Notes: generated by a model from the letters alone, not told the origin. Shown: positions 22,295 through 36,400, numbered from the stretch's first letter. The stretch is 64,000 bases of DNA from Microbotryum violaceum (GCA_001244265.2 CDLV01000017.1:1-64000); one strand, 5' to 3'. Made by a program: numbers and translations.

Positions 22295-23298
22295 CAAGGC
22301 TACGCTTAAGCTTAGTTAGTTCACTAACTACGCCACCGCAAATAGTTAACTAACTATCCTAACTATTGAGGCATAGTTGATCGTTAGTTAGTTCTGGCTC
22401 GGAGGATGTCATAGTTAACTATTGCAACTAGGCAACTATAGGGGTCGCCGAGGACTGCGGGGGCAAGGAGCATTGGCCGAGATGGCCGGCGATCGATCTC
22501 TTGACGACGCCTTCGACCGCCTACGATGCCAACGCCCCTTTTCCGCTGGGCGCCGTACCATTAATCAACTGCAACACGCCACTTCCCGTTCCCTCTTGAA
22601 TGCCAAGATGTGCGTTGGCAGCTGGGCCGGCGCTGTTGCTGATGATGACGCTGCTCGTAATAAATTGATTGATCGAGTTACGGTGATACTTACTCGTGAG
22701 TTTATTTTGTTGTCCTGCCGCACCTTCCGGTCTCATCACCGACTCCAACTCTGCATACACAATTCCGCATATCTATCGTCAGATTGTCATACAGCGCGCA
22801 GCCCCCAAAGGTCGTGCCCGGCAACAGGCGCGCCACAGGAACTAGAGAAACAATTACCTCGATGATGATGATGTTTAGGTCGGTCATGTAGAATCTCGTT
22901 CAAATGACAGAATACTGTTGTCAACGGTTGTTTCAAGAGTAATGTATACCGCTCGAGTTCATATACACTATACTATTACATTATCATACGAGGGTAGTTT
23001 GAGAGCATGGCATCGAGTGGCTCTTATAAGTCGGTGGCAGAACCAGAGGATCAATAGGCTCAATACAACCAAACAATCGTTGTATACTGCTGAGCCCTAT
23101 GGGGTAATTGCGGTGGGTAAGCCCTCAACGACGCTCGGCGTGCGCCATTATTAGGGGCTAATAGTTTTTCATAGTTAACTATCCCAACTGTAGTTAGTTA
23201 ACTAACTATTGGGTCCTAGCTGATAGTTAGATAGTTATGGCTGGAAGGTGGGATTTTACACATAGTTACCGGAGCAACTAAGCTTAAGCGTAGCCTTG
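22295..23298 (+). mobile_element. Non-autonomous, internally deleted hAT DNA transposon (~1.0 kb)
   Basis: Perfect 23-bp TIR CAAGGCTACGCTTAAGCTTAGTT (fits the hAT YARNG start). Dense subterminal TAGTT/AACTA repeats at both ends. A frameshifted remnant of the hAT dimerization domain at ~22474-22625 (LAEMA..DLLTTPSTAYDA.RPFSAGRRTINQLQH.....NAKMCVGSW). No 8-bp TSD. Confidence 0.88.
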
Positions 23299-23511
23299 AA
23301 TTGTCAGCGAGTGAGGTGGAACATCGACTCTTCCGTAGAAGCGCGGAAGTCGAGTTGCAGTATCAGGCAACAGAGTCGAATCAAAGTCGAGCGCGAATCA
23401 CGCGACAAGTTCCCCCGCGCGGGGGTTTCGATTGAACTGTTGCCCCGTTCCCGCAACCGCACGCCGATCAAGACCTCGGACGACCGAACTACCTACGTAT
23501 CTCATCTCATC

Positions 23512-24195
23512 ATGCCGCCCGTCGACCCCACCATTCTTTCTACCGAAGACGCGGCACCCATTACCTCGTTCGTATCGCAGTCCCCGAATTCGAACTACAC
23601 GCTCAACGAACGCGTGGCCGGCCAAGCTCTGGTCAGTGGTTGGTTATTGGTAGTCGCCGCCTAGTTTCGCAGCCCGACGGGCCGCCGTCGAACTCGGGAT
23701 CCCCATCGTTGCGTGGTGACTGACCTCAACTCCTTCTGCTGTGCTGTCTGATAGACGGATCTGTGTCGACTAGGTCCCAATGGGCAGACGCAGTGTGTCC
23801 AAGTAAGCATTGCGCGCGGTTGGTCGCCCGACCCGAACTGCTCGTTGCTGGGGCGGGCGCTCGTGACGTCACCCCCGCGGCAAAGCACCACTTTTACGAC
23901 GCACCGACACTGCAAACGTGTCGAGTGACCATCAACCGAACCCGGGTAGAGACTAATCAGCTATGATGCTCTACACAGGTGCACGAACAAGTGACCAAAG
24001 TGTTTGCATTGATGCAGAAGCAGGTGCGTTACGACCTCTTTCCAGAACCCCTCTCTCTCTCTACACAACGACGCTCATCCTTCTACGACTGCACTTTCCT
24101 CTCCGTAGGGCTTCCTGTGCCAACTTCCATCGGACCCGAGTCATACCGAACTATTTTGCCAGCGGATACACCAGATCGTAGCGAGGCAATCTTGA
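23512..24195 (+). CDS. Small 99-aa 4-cysteine uncharacterised protein, 4 exons
   Basis: Exons 23512-23631, 23755-23802, 23979-24023 and 24109-24195, all phase 0 with GT-AG ends. Translation MPPVDP...GQAL|TDLCRLGPNGQTQCVQ|VHEQVTKVFALMQKQ|GFLCQLPSDPSHTELFCQRIHQIVARQS. Confidence 0.7.
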
Positions 24196-24351
24196 GGGAA
24201 GCTGGTCCGGAACGAACGAACGAACGCAACCACAGCGCGGGAGGATTATTGTCGGTAAAAGCACGATGCAATGCACACGAATCGACGCAACATCCGTTAC
24301 ACAAAGAAGGAAGAATTACCATCATAGAGAGACAGGCACCACAGGGGACCC

Positions 24352-27300
24352 TTAGACGACCGGTGCGCTCCTCAAGAAAGCGAGCGTGCCCAGGGCCCTC
24401 GCGGTGCGCTCGACCAACCTATCGCCTTCCTGCTTGAGCATCGCGTCGATCCGCAGCAGCGGTTCGAGCAGCTCTGTGTTCTGGACAACGACATCGCCGT
24501 GAATTCGGAGAAAGAGCGAGAGGTACGCTTGTACGGCTTCGAAATCGCGGTGCGACGCGAGGCGACGGTTCAGCGCCGAGAGGAACAGCGAGAGATGTGG
24601 CAGGAGCGTGAGCGACCGAATCTCGAGATCGGTCGAGGAAGAAGACAGGGCCTTGAGGTAGGTGAAAAAAGATTCGTCTATCGAATACGACCGCGGCGTC
24701 ACAAATCGAATCAGAATCAGATTTTGCCCCGCACACGACGCATGTGAGGCAAAAGACAGATGCAAACTCACAGTTCCCCGTTGGATCATCGCCTGAAAGT
24801 CTCCTCATGAACTCGGTCTCGACGCTCATGGCCGACAAAAAGTCGAGCTTGGTCTTTTTCTTCTGCAGCTGTTCGTCGTCCTTCGCATTCTCTTTCCCGT
24901 CCGCTCCGAGGTCGAAGCGATTCCTCACGCCTGGGAGTGTGGGGAGGAAGAAGGGGGCTCGTTCAGGCGCTTTCGGCTTCTCCTTAGGCTTGTTGCGTTG
25001 CTGGCAAGGAAAAGCAGGAAGAAGCAAATGAGTTCGAGTCCCACATCCTCTTTCACCCGTTTCGTCTTCAACTGACCTTGATTGTGTCGAGGTTGAGCAA
25101 GGTCTGCCACCTCGATCTCGGCATGAGCGAGAGCGTCAACAGCTCGCCACTCAGCTGATCCGGCGTCGTGAATGGCGGCAAATCGCTCCAGTTTGTCGGC
25201 GCCATCAATTCCGACAAGTCTACGGAAGACGCAGCAAGATGATCAGTTCCTTTTCTTGCCCATACAAATGAGCCCCTCTCAGGTTACCGGATAGCTTGGC
25301 TCACTCTCATCCTCCGCAACACCTTGCAAGCTCGGCAACCCAACCTCTTCGACGCCCAACTTGTCCTCATCGAACAACCCGAGCGCGACTTCGGAAAGCT
25401 GCGCGCGATTGGCCCATAGGTAGACACCGACGCTTCCCACGTGGGTTGTTGCGAGAAAGTCATTGGTCGGGGAGAAGGATAGCGAGGTCGCGACGGTCGA
25501 GGTGCGGAATGCGTCGATCAGTTTCCCCGTGGGGATGTCGTATGTTCGAATGATCGAGTCTTGGGATGTCGCGATAAGCCAGCGCGAGTCGGGGGACCAT
25601 GCCTGTTATGTACGAGACCAAGATCGCACATCAGCACAGTTCTCCTCGAGTCCACACTTTCCGTCCATTGCTAAGTTGACCGATGATGAGTGAGGACGTG
25701 AAGAGAAAACTCACCACATCCAAAATCTGCCCTCTCGGCCCTGCAAGTTCCCTCACAACCCTCTTGGTCTCGATGTCCACGATCCTCAAGATCAAGTCAT
25801 CGCACACAGCGACCAACAGACCATTCTCCCTCTGCAGGACAATTCGCGTGATGGAAACGCCCAGCGTGACCGTCTTGAAGAAACGCATCGTCTGAAAGTC
25901 GAAAAAGTGCAGTGCGCCTTTCAACGTTGACGCGACCACGATGCGATTGAGCGCGTCGGTCGCGACGCCGGTGACGTGTTGGCCCTGAACGTCGGTGGAT
26001 CCGTTGTGCGGCACTTTGAATACTTTGCGCTTGAGTCCGGATTGGAGATTGTACAAAACCACCTGACCCATCGACGATCCGACGAGCCCAAAGTTGCCGC
26101 ATGCAGTGACAGCCGAGCACTAGAATGGTGCGAGAACACATAACGACAAACAAATCAGTATCAATACCATATTTGCACAGGCGCGGTCTTCAATTTCGAT
26201 TCACCTTGACACTCCCCTGCACGCTCAACGTCCATTTTCCGACCCGCTTGTTCATGACGCTCCAACTCCTCCCAACCTCCTCTCCTCTCGAAACAGTGAC
26301 GACGTCGTCCCACTCCTTGGCCCTAGCGGTTGAGTACGCCAACGAAGTGATGAGCGGCAATTTGAGTGACGAGGGCTTGACACCCAAATGCGTCGCCTTC
26401 TTCGCAATAGAACCTGAGATGCAGTGGGGAGGTCGTCAGTCCAAAGCTGCGACTTTGGGCCTTGCTGCTCTCACAGACGCACCTTGACTCAATTCATACC
26501 CCCTCGAATCCCTGACGATGCTGGTGTACCTCAAAGCATGATCCGCACCGGCAGTTAAGATGGCCTTGCCGTCCTCGCCATAGTACCTCACGAGATGGGG
26601 TGGTGCATGATGTCCCGATCGCTGCTTGAGTAACCTCGGGGGTGCGCTCGGCGAGTCGAAGAGCCATTGCTACAGAGAGAACGTGAAGAGGCGCGATCTG
26701 ATGTCAGCTTCTTCCAGCTCCGTGCCGTCCAAATCAGCGTCCCACTCGCTCGCTCACCTTGATCGAATTATCACCCCCACTCGTCATCATCAAAGGCTGA
26801 CCCGTAACCCACACCAGCCCCCCGACCGCGCCTTCATGAGCCGCTCGAACGAGGTGCAACAGACGCATTTTGGCCGCAAGATCGAACAAGGCGATGTGAC
26901 CCGTCGAGGATGAAACAGCGAGGGTGTGCGAAATGTCGTCTGAGGAGAAGCGCAAGCAAGCGACGTAGAGGGCGTGAGTTCTCTCTTTCCTCGCCGATGC
27001 TTTTCTTTTTGAAGCGAGCCCCCAGAGTGAACGCACCGTTCCTGAACGCGACACCAACAACTTCTCCGGCACCTTCACCTTCGAGCTTGACTTTGCCCAA
27101 GACCTGACCAATCCTGACGTCAAAGAGGATGCACACGCCGTTGGCCAAGCCAACACCGAGTACGTCGATCGCAGGGGATTGGGTAAGAGCGGTGATGGGC
27201 GAGGGCGAGCTGAGTGGTGCCAGTGCCGATGCCGAAAAGGTGTGCACGAGATTACTGCAGGGTATTGAAACTAGACTGGTCAGCTGAATGCTGCGCATCC

Positions 27301-28357
27301 ACGCTAACGCTAGCAGAGAAGCAAGCTCGGCCTTACGCTGTCCGGACGTTCCAAACGGCCAATTCGCCTTCCTGACTGCCGACTACGACCTTGTTCAGGT
27401 AGCTCGCAGGATGCACAACCTTGTTCGCGGTAAATCCGCTTGGGAACTCGATTGTCGCATACGGTGTGATGTGACCACTCTCGTTCATGTTGCTGGCTGT
27501 CTTGTCCTTGTCGTCCGCTGAAGGTGGGGCCAGGGGGTCTTTGGAAGCTTCTTTGGTCAAGGCCGGGAGGTCCCATACGATCATCTTGGTACCCGATGCG
27601 GTAAGCGCGAGCATGGTCGTTCCAAAGATGCAGATCGAATGCAGAGATTCACCCTCGGCAACGGAAGGATCGTTCTTGGAGGCAGGTTCGTCGTCGCTAT
27701 CTGAGTCCGAATCTTCGCTCGTGTCCGAAACGTCGTCCTCGCTCGATGTGCCGGAAGATGACGATGACGAAGACGACGACGACGACGACGATGCTTTCCC
27801 TCTTCTTGTTTTCCGTCTCTGTTCTGTAGCATGACCGTTCATGACAAAGTGCGCGACCTGCTTCCCCCTGACGAAGCGGCCGATCCAGCCTTTAGAGGTG
27901 GAGGCGTAAACGCTGTCAAGACTGAGCGCAAGACTGGTGATGGGGGAACCCATATCGGGACCTGTCGGGTGATCCGGATGAAATCAGTTCCCGCACTCAA
28001 GAGATGCGCCTAGCTAAGCCGAGCTGAAGATGGAACGAGGGGCGGGCGGGCCTACTCGCACCTCTCCTGCAGCTCCCTGCACTCACCAACAAACAATACC
28101 TTCAACCCTTGCCCTTCCCACATGGCCCACGAGTTGCCCAAACTGGTGAGGACCGTCAAGGCCGGTGTCTCGAGGTACTTGCTGCTCCGCGAAAGCACGA
28201 CGAGCGGCACCGAGGTCGAGACATGGCCCAACGAGCGGAACGGCGCGAACAGGCGACCGACAGGAGCCTTGGCCTTGGGTGGGGCGGTCGAGGTCGAGGT
28301 CGAAGCGACGACGACGGTCTGTCGAGACCTTTTGGAAGGGCGGGCGTCCGATGTCAT
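24352..28357 (-). CDS. UTP21: U3 snoRNA-associated WD40 protein Utp21/WDR36 (multi-exon)
   Basis: LFAPFRSLGHV, HPASYLNKVVVGS, WD repeats, KAPERAPFFLPTL and RDFEAVQAYLSLFLRIHGD. Confidence 0.92.
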
Positions 28358-28649
28358 GCTGTGCGAGTGGACGACGGGCTAATGCAGTACACGAGCGAGT
28401 CCAACTCCGGAACGGGATCGCCCCTTCGCAAGACCGATTTCAGACCCTGCGAAGAGCGCGCGTGAGCTCGGACCGCTTCAGCGCATCATCCAGAGTTAGA
28501 TCGGCGAGTTGCCGACACTCAAATCCTGCATGACACTGGTCTGCACATGAAATTGCCTACTATACAGCATCAAAATCCTACGACTGCGTATGATGTTACA
28601 ACACGATTCAGCCCAAACAAATCTCCGCGACCATCCGCCGCGTAAAGTA

Positions 28650-30690
28650 TCAATACTCGTCATCCTGCGCCACGCACTGCAAGCAGCAACATCGCCGGCA
28701 AATGAATAAACACGATGTCAGCCTGTATGTTTGATACAATCCAGACAGTGACGAGCGCAACGTCAGGAAGAGGCGGGACATCGGGCAGAACGTACTAGAA
28801 ATTCAACGAAAGCAAACTTGTCCCTCTCGGCCTTGGTCGTGCGCTTCCCGATTGGAATCATGAATTGAAAGCTCATCAGGCCGTCCGCAGCGGTGCGAAG
28901 CGACTTTTGGAATCAAACAAAGACAAGAGGTATTAGTGGTGCAAGAGACCGACGGGTGGGTTCATGGGACCACAGCCGAGCTTACGGTCTTGATCGACGC
29001 GTTGAGCGCTTTTTGGATCAACTGGATCTGCGAGTACTTGTACCTGTCGACACGTTCACCCTCGAAGCAGCATCAGCATACTAGCCTCCTTCCCAAGAGA
29101 GCATTTGTAAGATATTACAACACCAAAAACTCACGAATTCCTCATCGGGCCCTGACATTCGAACGTCTCGAGCACGTCCTTGTCGTTCGGATAGTCCATC
29201 TCGGTGCTGCCCAAATCACCGACGCTCTCCAATCGGAACAACGGCGCCTCGTTCTCCTGCGACGAATCGGCGAGCCTGTCCTCGGTCGCGTAGCGGTTGT
29301 ATTTCGATCGGGTTGAGGCTTGGTTCGAGGGCGAGAAGGAGAACGAAACCCGATCGGAGGACGGGTCGAGTTCAGAGAAAGCGTCGGCGAGCCATCCGGA
29401 CTGCGAGGGTATTGGAAGGTACCTTGAGTCACTCGTTTCAGGACCAGGGCGATTCTTCATCGAGCAAGACGCTTTCACCTTCATAATAAACTTCATCACC
29501 CTGTCTTGATCGTCAAAGAAGAGTTCCATCAAGTCGTCCGGTTCGTAAGTCGTGATCTCGCATCGGGTCACAATCCCACCCTCTTCCAGTCTGTGCAACG
29601 GCATGGCCAGACATTAGCAGTCTGCCCTCGGTGCACTCGGCTCCTCCCTACGCTCAATCTTTATAAGATGATGCTTTCTCAGGAGAAAAGCTTACAACAG
29701 CACGAGGGGATAACCTTCGCCGCGATACGTCATCTCCAACGTCGTCGTCGAGCCAGGTCCTCCGATTCCGGATCCCCCTTCCCTCTCCCCTCGATCTTGG
29801 TCTCCGCCTCTCCTTCTCCCCCCACCACGATTCTCCGCCCCAAATTCGGAAGCGTGGACCGTTCCCGCCGCACCTTGCCCACTGCCTGCTCCCGCCCCAC
29901 CCCACTGCCGACCCGAGGACGCTGAAAATCCAGTGGAGCCTCCTGACGGGGACGCGCCTGATCCAGCATTACCAAATATGTTGAGACATTCCAATATAGT
30001 CGAGATGGAGACACCAAAAGCGACAAAGGGTGCATTATCTCCGTTAATGTCTTCGTCGGCCAGCTCGACTTGGAAAGGATCGTCCGAGTCCGAGGAAGGT
30101 GCATTAAGTTGTTCGTCTCGTCGGTTCAACGTAGCGGACGGGCCGGGAGGGTTGAGGGAGAATTGGTACGAATCAAAAGCCTCGGCTTGGAGGTAGGCGT
30201 TGGCTGATTGATATTGATAGAGACGGATCGTTTGATCAGTCGGGTGGAGAGGTGTAGATTGAGTTTCAAGTCGGACTCTCACCTTGCACGGATCTGCCTA
30301 ATTCAACCGTAAACTTGATTCCTGCTTGACGCATTTCGACCACGGCCGTCTGCGTAATGTCGAGTGGGTGTATGAAAAAGGAAGATGAATTCGAGATGGC
30401 ATTATGCAAGATGCACAATCTGAGCTCCTTCTTACAGGACGAAAGCTCAAGGCCCTGAGCATGCTCGCCAACGATCTGACATCCTTGATGGTCGCTCTCA
30501 GGATCTGCACATGCAACATGATCAGCCCTGAGCGTATGGACGGGGTTGATGTGGGTTCTATGTGGGGGATGACCCCATGATCGGTGCGACGTTGACCGAG
30601 GGAACCACCACGATCCCGGCTGATCGGGAACGGGAGACGGTGAATGCACGGCGTACGACTCACCTCCCGAGGAGCAGCAGCCGGTGCCAT
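28650..30690 (-). CDS. RAD1: 9-1-1 checkpoint clamp subunit of the Rad1/Rec1/Rad17 family (multi-exon)
   Basis: GIKFTVELGRSVQ|ANAYLQAEAF, ILECLNIFG, YRGEGYPLVLL|LEEGGIVTRCEITTYEP, GDLGSTEMDYPNDKDVLETFEC, GLMSFQFMI. Confidence 0.9.
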
Positions 30691-31172
30691 TCTCGCTCCC
30701 TGGGCCGAGTGTGCAATCGTCCTTTTAGCTGACACAAAGAGAGTGTGTGTACGGCGTAGAGCCGAGGAGGGGCAAAGGCAGGTGAGGGCGGGACGTGATG
30801 TCAAAAGGGACCAACCCCCACTCCGTCGCGGCCGACGCAGTGCCCATGCTGTACCGCTAATAGCCGCTATTAGGCTGTGGAAGTGCACTGGAAAGTCGCG
30901 ACGAAACATCTAGAAACCATTTCAAGTTTCCAATTCATAAATTCGAGCTAGTCTTGTTCAATGACGAGGTTCAAGGCGGAGGCGACGCCCCTGTTCTCAG
31001 CCCAACGCCAAACGACCTGTCTGGTCAATGTCCTCTTCTGAAGAGTCTACCAAGACTCATTCCGGCCAACTATATACGTCGTACGAGGTCAAATCCATTG
31101 CTGTCCTTGACCTAATCGTCCCCCCCGGGGCCGCTGCGTTCTCTTCCTCCGTCCACGTGGTCGCAATCCATC

Positions 31173-33322
31173 ATGTCGGCCTCCTCCTCAAAGGGGCAGC
31201 TACAAGAATGCTTCATCTGCCACACCGTGATCAACGGAGACGTTGGTGTCTTTGAGCATCATGTCAACCAATGTCAGTGTGCTGTGTTGAGCGCTGCCGG
31301 CTGGGCGTTTGTCGAACGGGCTATTCGCTGACCGCACGACAGCGCACGGCCCGCACGTGACAGGCCTCGACGCTTCACAAGAAATTACGCCAGGTTCGGA
31401 CCTTGACGCCAAACAAGACAAGATCAACGACGACGATCACGTTCCACCTCCTCGAGCCGCTGTCGAGTTGCTCATCGTCTCGGATAGTGAAGACGATGAG
31501 GATGTTTGCCCTATCTGCAACCAGCCGTGGCGCTCCATCGGACTCGACCCCGTCCAAGGCTCACGCGACGCCCACGTCGGGGAATGCCTCGAGCATCGCG
31601 CACTTTCCTTAGAGGCTTCCGAGACGGAAGAGGAAGAAGAAGACGAACAAGATGGTATCGCGGTAACGGATGCAACGACATCTTCGTCTGCGCGTAGAAA
31701 AGGATTTGGAGCGTTCAAGAAGCCGAGACTCTTGGACGGTAGGGACTCGGAACCGGAAGGAATACCAGGTAAGTGAGGTACGTACTGAACTGGTATACTC
31801 TGGCGATTGAATGCTCAATCGTACTGGAAGTCTTCCTCAGGCCTCGTTGTCGTGATTGCTTCGATCGTCGAGATGGCCCCCAGGAAGCTGTCGCCAATGT
31901 GGACCACCCTTCTCGGGGATCAACACACCCAGTACATTCGTGGCCGAGGAACGGATCTGGTATGGAGTTGTGGGTAAGCCAACTAGACTTTTTCTGGCTC
32001 TCCGAAACTACTGCTCACACCCTCTACGCGGGCGTACCTCTGGTCAAATTAACAGATATCGTAATACGCAGATGCTGTTTTCATCCCTGCGCCATCTGCC
32101 CGAGTATAACACCTCAGCTAGCGGCCCTTCTCCGATTCCGTCGATCTTGGAACTACAAGGTGTCATCGAGGATGCTTGGAAGGCAGGTCAGTCAAGTCCA
32201 TCGTATCCGCACTTCAGATCGATGCTTTGATTTGTCAATACTGAAGCTTCGCTCGATGATTATCAGGCCATGACTTGGACGGCGCCGCTTATTTTAACGG
32301 CAGGCTCCGCGGAAGCAAGAGGTGGACCGGAGCAACCGAGATGTACACGGCGCTCACAGCTCTATCCATACGGTATGACCGAACAGCTTCTGCCCAACCC
32401 CTACCCGCTCCAGCTCATCCTGGCTCTCCACCTCTGTCCTTCACCACAGTTGTCAAATCGTCGACTTCCCGAAGCTTCCTCGTGCACAGAACGGTGCCGA
32501 TTCATCCTTGATCAGATGGATCGTCGCTTACTTCGCTGGCACGCTCGAGGCTTCCTACGTTTCCGTTTCCAATTCGAACGGTGACATTCGGCTTCGAGCA
32601 TCCTCGAGCTTCCCAAGCAGCATCTTACCCATCATGTCGGCCAAGCAGCCCTTGTACTTGCAACACCAGGGTCATTCAAGGACCGTCGTCGGAATCGAAT
32701 ACGGTGAACAAGGAGAGGGGTATTTGTTGATGTTCGATCCGGCGAGGTTCGTTCTTTTCCCGCGATCTCTCGTTCAAGTCGAGCCTCGTCTGAGCCGAAA
32801 GGTCACATTTTCAATTTCCAGACGCGTCCCGAATGCCCTCAAGAAAGCCGCGTCCAAATTGGACAACGCCCCGTCAACTCTGTCTACCTCTCCCTCGAGC
32901 TCCAAAAAGCGACCCCTGTCTTCCGCTCCGCCAGCCCCATCCGTCAAAGCGTTCTGGGCTGAATCCCCTCAAGCGCGTCTGAAACCCGACCCAGATGAAG
33001 CCGGGCCGTTTTACGAGCCTAACCTCTTCACAAAGATTATGGCAAGTGCCACGACAATGTCCTTGCCATCGACGGGGCTGAACGTGAAGTCGTTAAGCAC
33101 GTTCAGGGTCGGGTTCAAGTCTTTAAGTCGCAAGGATCAGTATCAGGTTCGTCCTCTCTTTTTCTCCGAGACGCTTCTCTCTGCGCGATGTTGAAGTTGA
33201 CCTCTTCTGGTTCTTTCTGGTTCTTTCTGGTTCAGGTCTTGTACGTTGAACCGGGTTCCCGGCTGTCGGCTGCGGAGGTCGAGGAGCGCAAAATCGTAAA
33301 GAGCAAGAGAGTAATCGGTTAA
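31173..33322 (+). CDS. ZUP1/ZUFSP/Mug105-like peptidase C78 deubiquitinase with N-terminal Zn fingers
   Basis: CFICH..HHVNQC and CPICNQ..AHVGECL fingers; WSCG|YRNTQML; IPSILELQGVIEDAWKAG; GSKRWTGATEM; PLYLQHQGHSRTVVGIE..LLMFDP. Confidence 0.85.
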
Positions 33323-33433
33323 GGGTGCTGTACTATACCATGTATGTTGAAAAGTCGTATCGTGTAATTTCGTTCACTTTCCAAGTTTCAGGTATTCTCT
33401 ATCACTGCAATCATACGTCTCTATTTCCGCACA

Positions 33434-36400
33434 TCACATCGCTCGCCCCTGTTTCTTCTCCTGCTTGTTCCTAACAAACCACCTCGCTTGCGCCTTGACC
33501 GTGGCCAACTTGGTCAACGCCTGAACAGGGATCGCTACATCTTCTTTGGTCAATCTGACCGAAAGGCGCATCATCGCGATCTGCAGAAATCATGGCACCG
33601 TGCATCAGCAAGTTTAATGACGGAGGTTGTTCGAGACAACGACTTCTCGCAAGGACGCACCGAATCACCTCCCAGCGAGCCGAACGAATTCGAGTCCCCA
33701 ATCTCGTCAAGATCCATATCCAGTACCGTCGACCAAGCTTTAGTGATCCTCTGCTTGGTTTCTGCCAGATCGCCCAAGTCCTTTTCTTCTTCCTCTTCTT
33801 CTCCCCGTAACTCCTCAACCTCTCTCGTCTGCTTGCTGATAGGCACCTCCCCACCCTCCAACTTGACGTCCCCGATTTTGATGCACGGCGCAGCGACAAA
33901 GTAATCCAAAATTCTCGCAACAGCCTTCAATACCCCTTTCACAGTCTCACTCTCGATGAGCCTCTCATCGTAAAAGCACGCCAATTCGAACGACTCCTCC
34001 TCGCCCAATTGAGGCGTAACTTCCATCGAGAGCGTATAAGCCGTCGGCATACGAATCTTCTCAGGCGGTTGTCGAATCGGCCAACTCAATTCCTTGATAT
34101 GTTTCGGTTCGTCATCACGTTCGGCCAAGGATTGGTACGTGACGAGGATATCGAAAAGGTCCTTGCGGGAGGATAGTTCACAGACTTTAGTTAAGTCCGA
34201 CAAACGAATTTGTTGGTTCGCCCTCGCTTTTCGATCATCTTGCGTCTCCCTCTCCGCGAGGTCCAATAAGGACAACTGAGGATCCAGTTTCGTTCTTGAA
34301 GGAAGAACGGAGACGCAAGGTCCGATGACCTCCTCCGCCTGAAGAACCTCAATATCCCTACCCGACCTCACAATTCCAAGGACGACCTCGTCTCGTGCTG
34401 CGAATCTTCCCAGCGCCAAAGCTATAGCGACCCTCGACGCGATCGCAGGTGTGATTCCCGTTCGTTTAGCCAAATCCTTCAAATCGCCGGACCAATGTAA
34501 TACCTCTGCCGAGCTCGTAGAGAGTTGTTCGCCTTTCAAAGGGGCTTGTGAAGGCCAGTTGAGAGGTTGGGCGCCAGCCATGTAGGTCTTCCAGAAACTT
34601 TTGATCGAGGAAAAATCTGCAGGGGTCGAGGACCACCAATTGACGATGGACGAGAATGACGGGCGAGATTCGAGTTCGAGCGAGTGAACGAGGCACCGCA
34701 GGTCGGTCGATAGAAGCTCGAGAGTCCAGCCGTCGCTGTTGAAACGGAGAGGGAGAAAGGCTGAGCGATCACGAAAAAAAATTACATCTTGATAGATGAC
34801 CATGGCTTACCTCATGGCATGGTGCATACTCCAAGCGAGCTTCTTCCTCCCCGAACTCGGACTTGTAAAGACCGCAAAGCTGAGCAGTAACCGTCCCCAT
34901 TCAAAGACGTGCGCAGCCCGATCTATGGCAAGCCACTCCTGTACAGCGGAAACTCCGTCTTTAGTAGGCCGTAGTGGTTTCAAACCGAGGTCAAGGACAT
35001 CACTCACATCTATTTTAGCATCCATCTCGATGTCGTCGGCCTCGATCGTCCGCACTTTGACGCACTGGAGGACCTGCTCGCTCCCTGCCGCGAGAACGAT
35101 CTGCATCGTCGTCCCCGTCGTCTCGAGTACACCGAAACATGTCCTGAGCACCCCATTTCTACGAGCCAGATTACTCAGTGCCAATGAAATGGTGTCAATC
35201 TCGATGTCGTCAGCGAGCGAATAGATTGCTTGGGCGTAGTAGTGCGTCGAGTCGATCGAGGCTGCGAGGAGCGCGTCTTGGGATGGCGCCGTAGGAAGCA
35301 CATCTTCAACGTCTGCATGAGGGATTCCCAACTCGACCATGATCTCGTCAAGGACAGCGTCTCGTTCCACCGATGCAGGTAAGAGTGAAAACTCGGTATA
35401 CTGCCGCGGGGAAGGCCTAGCGTCGGAGTTCAATGTCGAAGCACGTTCGAGTGCGTTTGCGCATTGCGTTAGAGTCGCGCAGTCCACCAACTCGCGGAAG
35501 GAGATGGTGAACCCCTGTTGCCGCAGCTTGCTGATCACTTTGAGAAATCCGATCGAGTCACCTCCGAGCCTTGTGAACGCGTCCTCATCTCCGATGTCGG
35601 CTTCATCCATTTTGAGCACCGTTGTCCAAGTGTGGCGCATCGTTCGGTGCCATTCGTCCTCCGTCCTCTTGCGCGAGCCCTCGCTGTTGATCGCTTTGCG
35701 CGCCGTCCTCCAATCGTATCGTTCCGCCAAAAGACGAAGCGACTTACGATCGGTCTTGCCCATTCCTTGCGTTGGGACTCGATTTACAGGTAGCCAATAC
35801 CTTGGCACCATGTACGACGGAATGACTCCTCCGAGATACTTCTTTGCCTCCTCAACGACCCTGGCAAATTCGCTCGAAGTTGAGCAAGGGAGAACAGCCA
35901 ACTCCGCCTCATTCGATCGATCGTCGTCCGTCGGAAACTCGTCGGTCGACAGATCCAAGAATGCGACAAGCGACGGGGCAAGATAATCAGTCTCGAGTTT
36001 GTCTACAACCCCTCTCCGAATCCCACGGTGTACTTTAGACGTGAGGTGTTGCTCGATCTCGCCCGTCTCGATGCGCAACCCGTTGACCTTGACTTGACTA
36101 TCCTTTCGGCCAAGACATTCAATGCTCCCCTTGCCGTCACCCAGAAATCGGCCCAAATCTCCGGTTCGGTATATCCTCCCCAACCCCTCCACATCGACAA
36201 AGACTCCTTCGTTGAGCTTTGAGCGGATATATCCGCGCGTGACCTGTGCTCCTCCGACGCAGATCTCGCCAATGCAGCCGAGTGGGAGTGTTTCAAGTAC
36301 GTCGGGTGAGAGCACATGGATCCTCGTGGCACCAACGGGCCTTCCAATGGGGACTGAAGGTGGCGATCGTTCTTTAGATTGGTTCGCAATGACCCCCACC

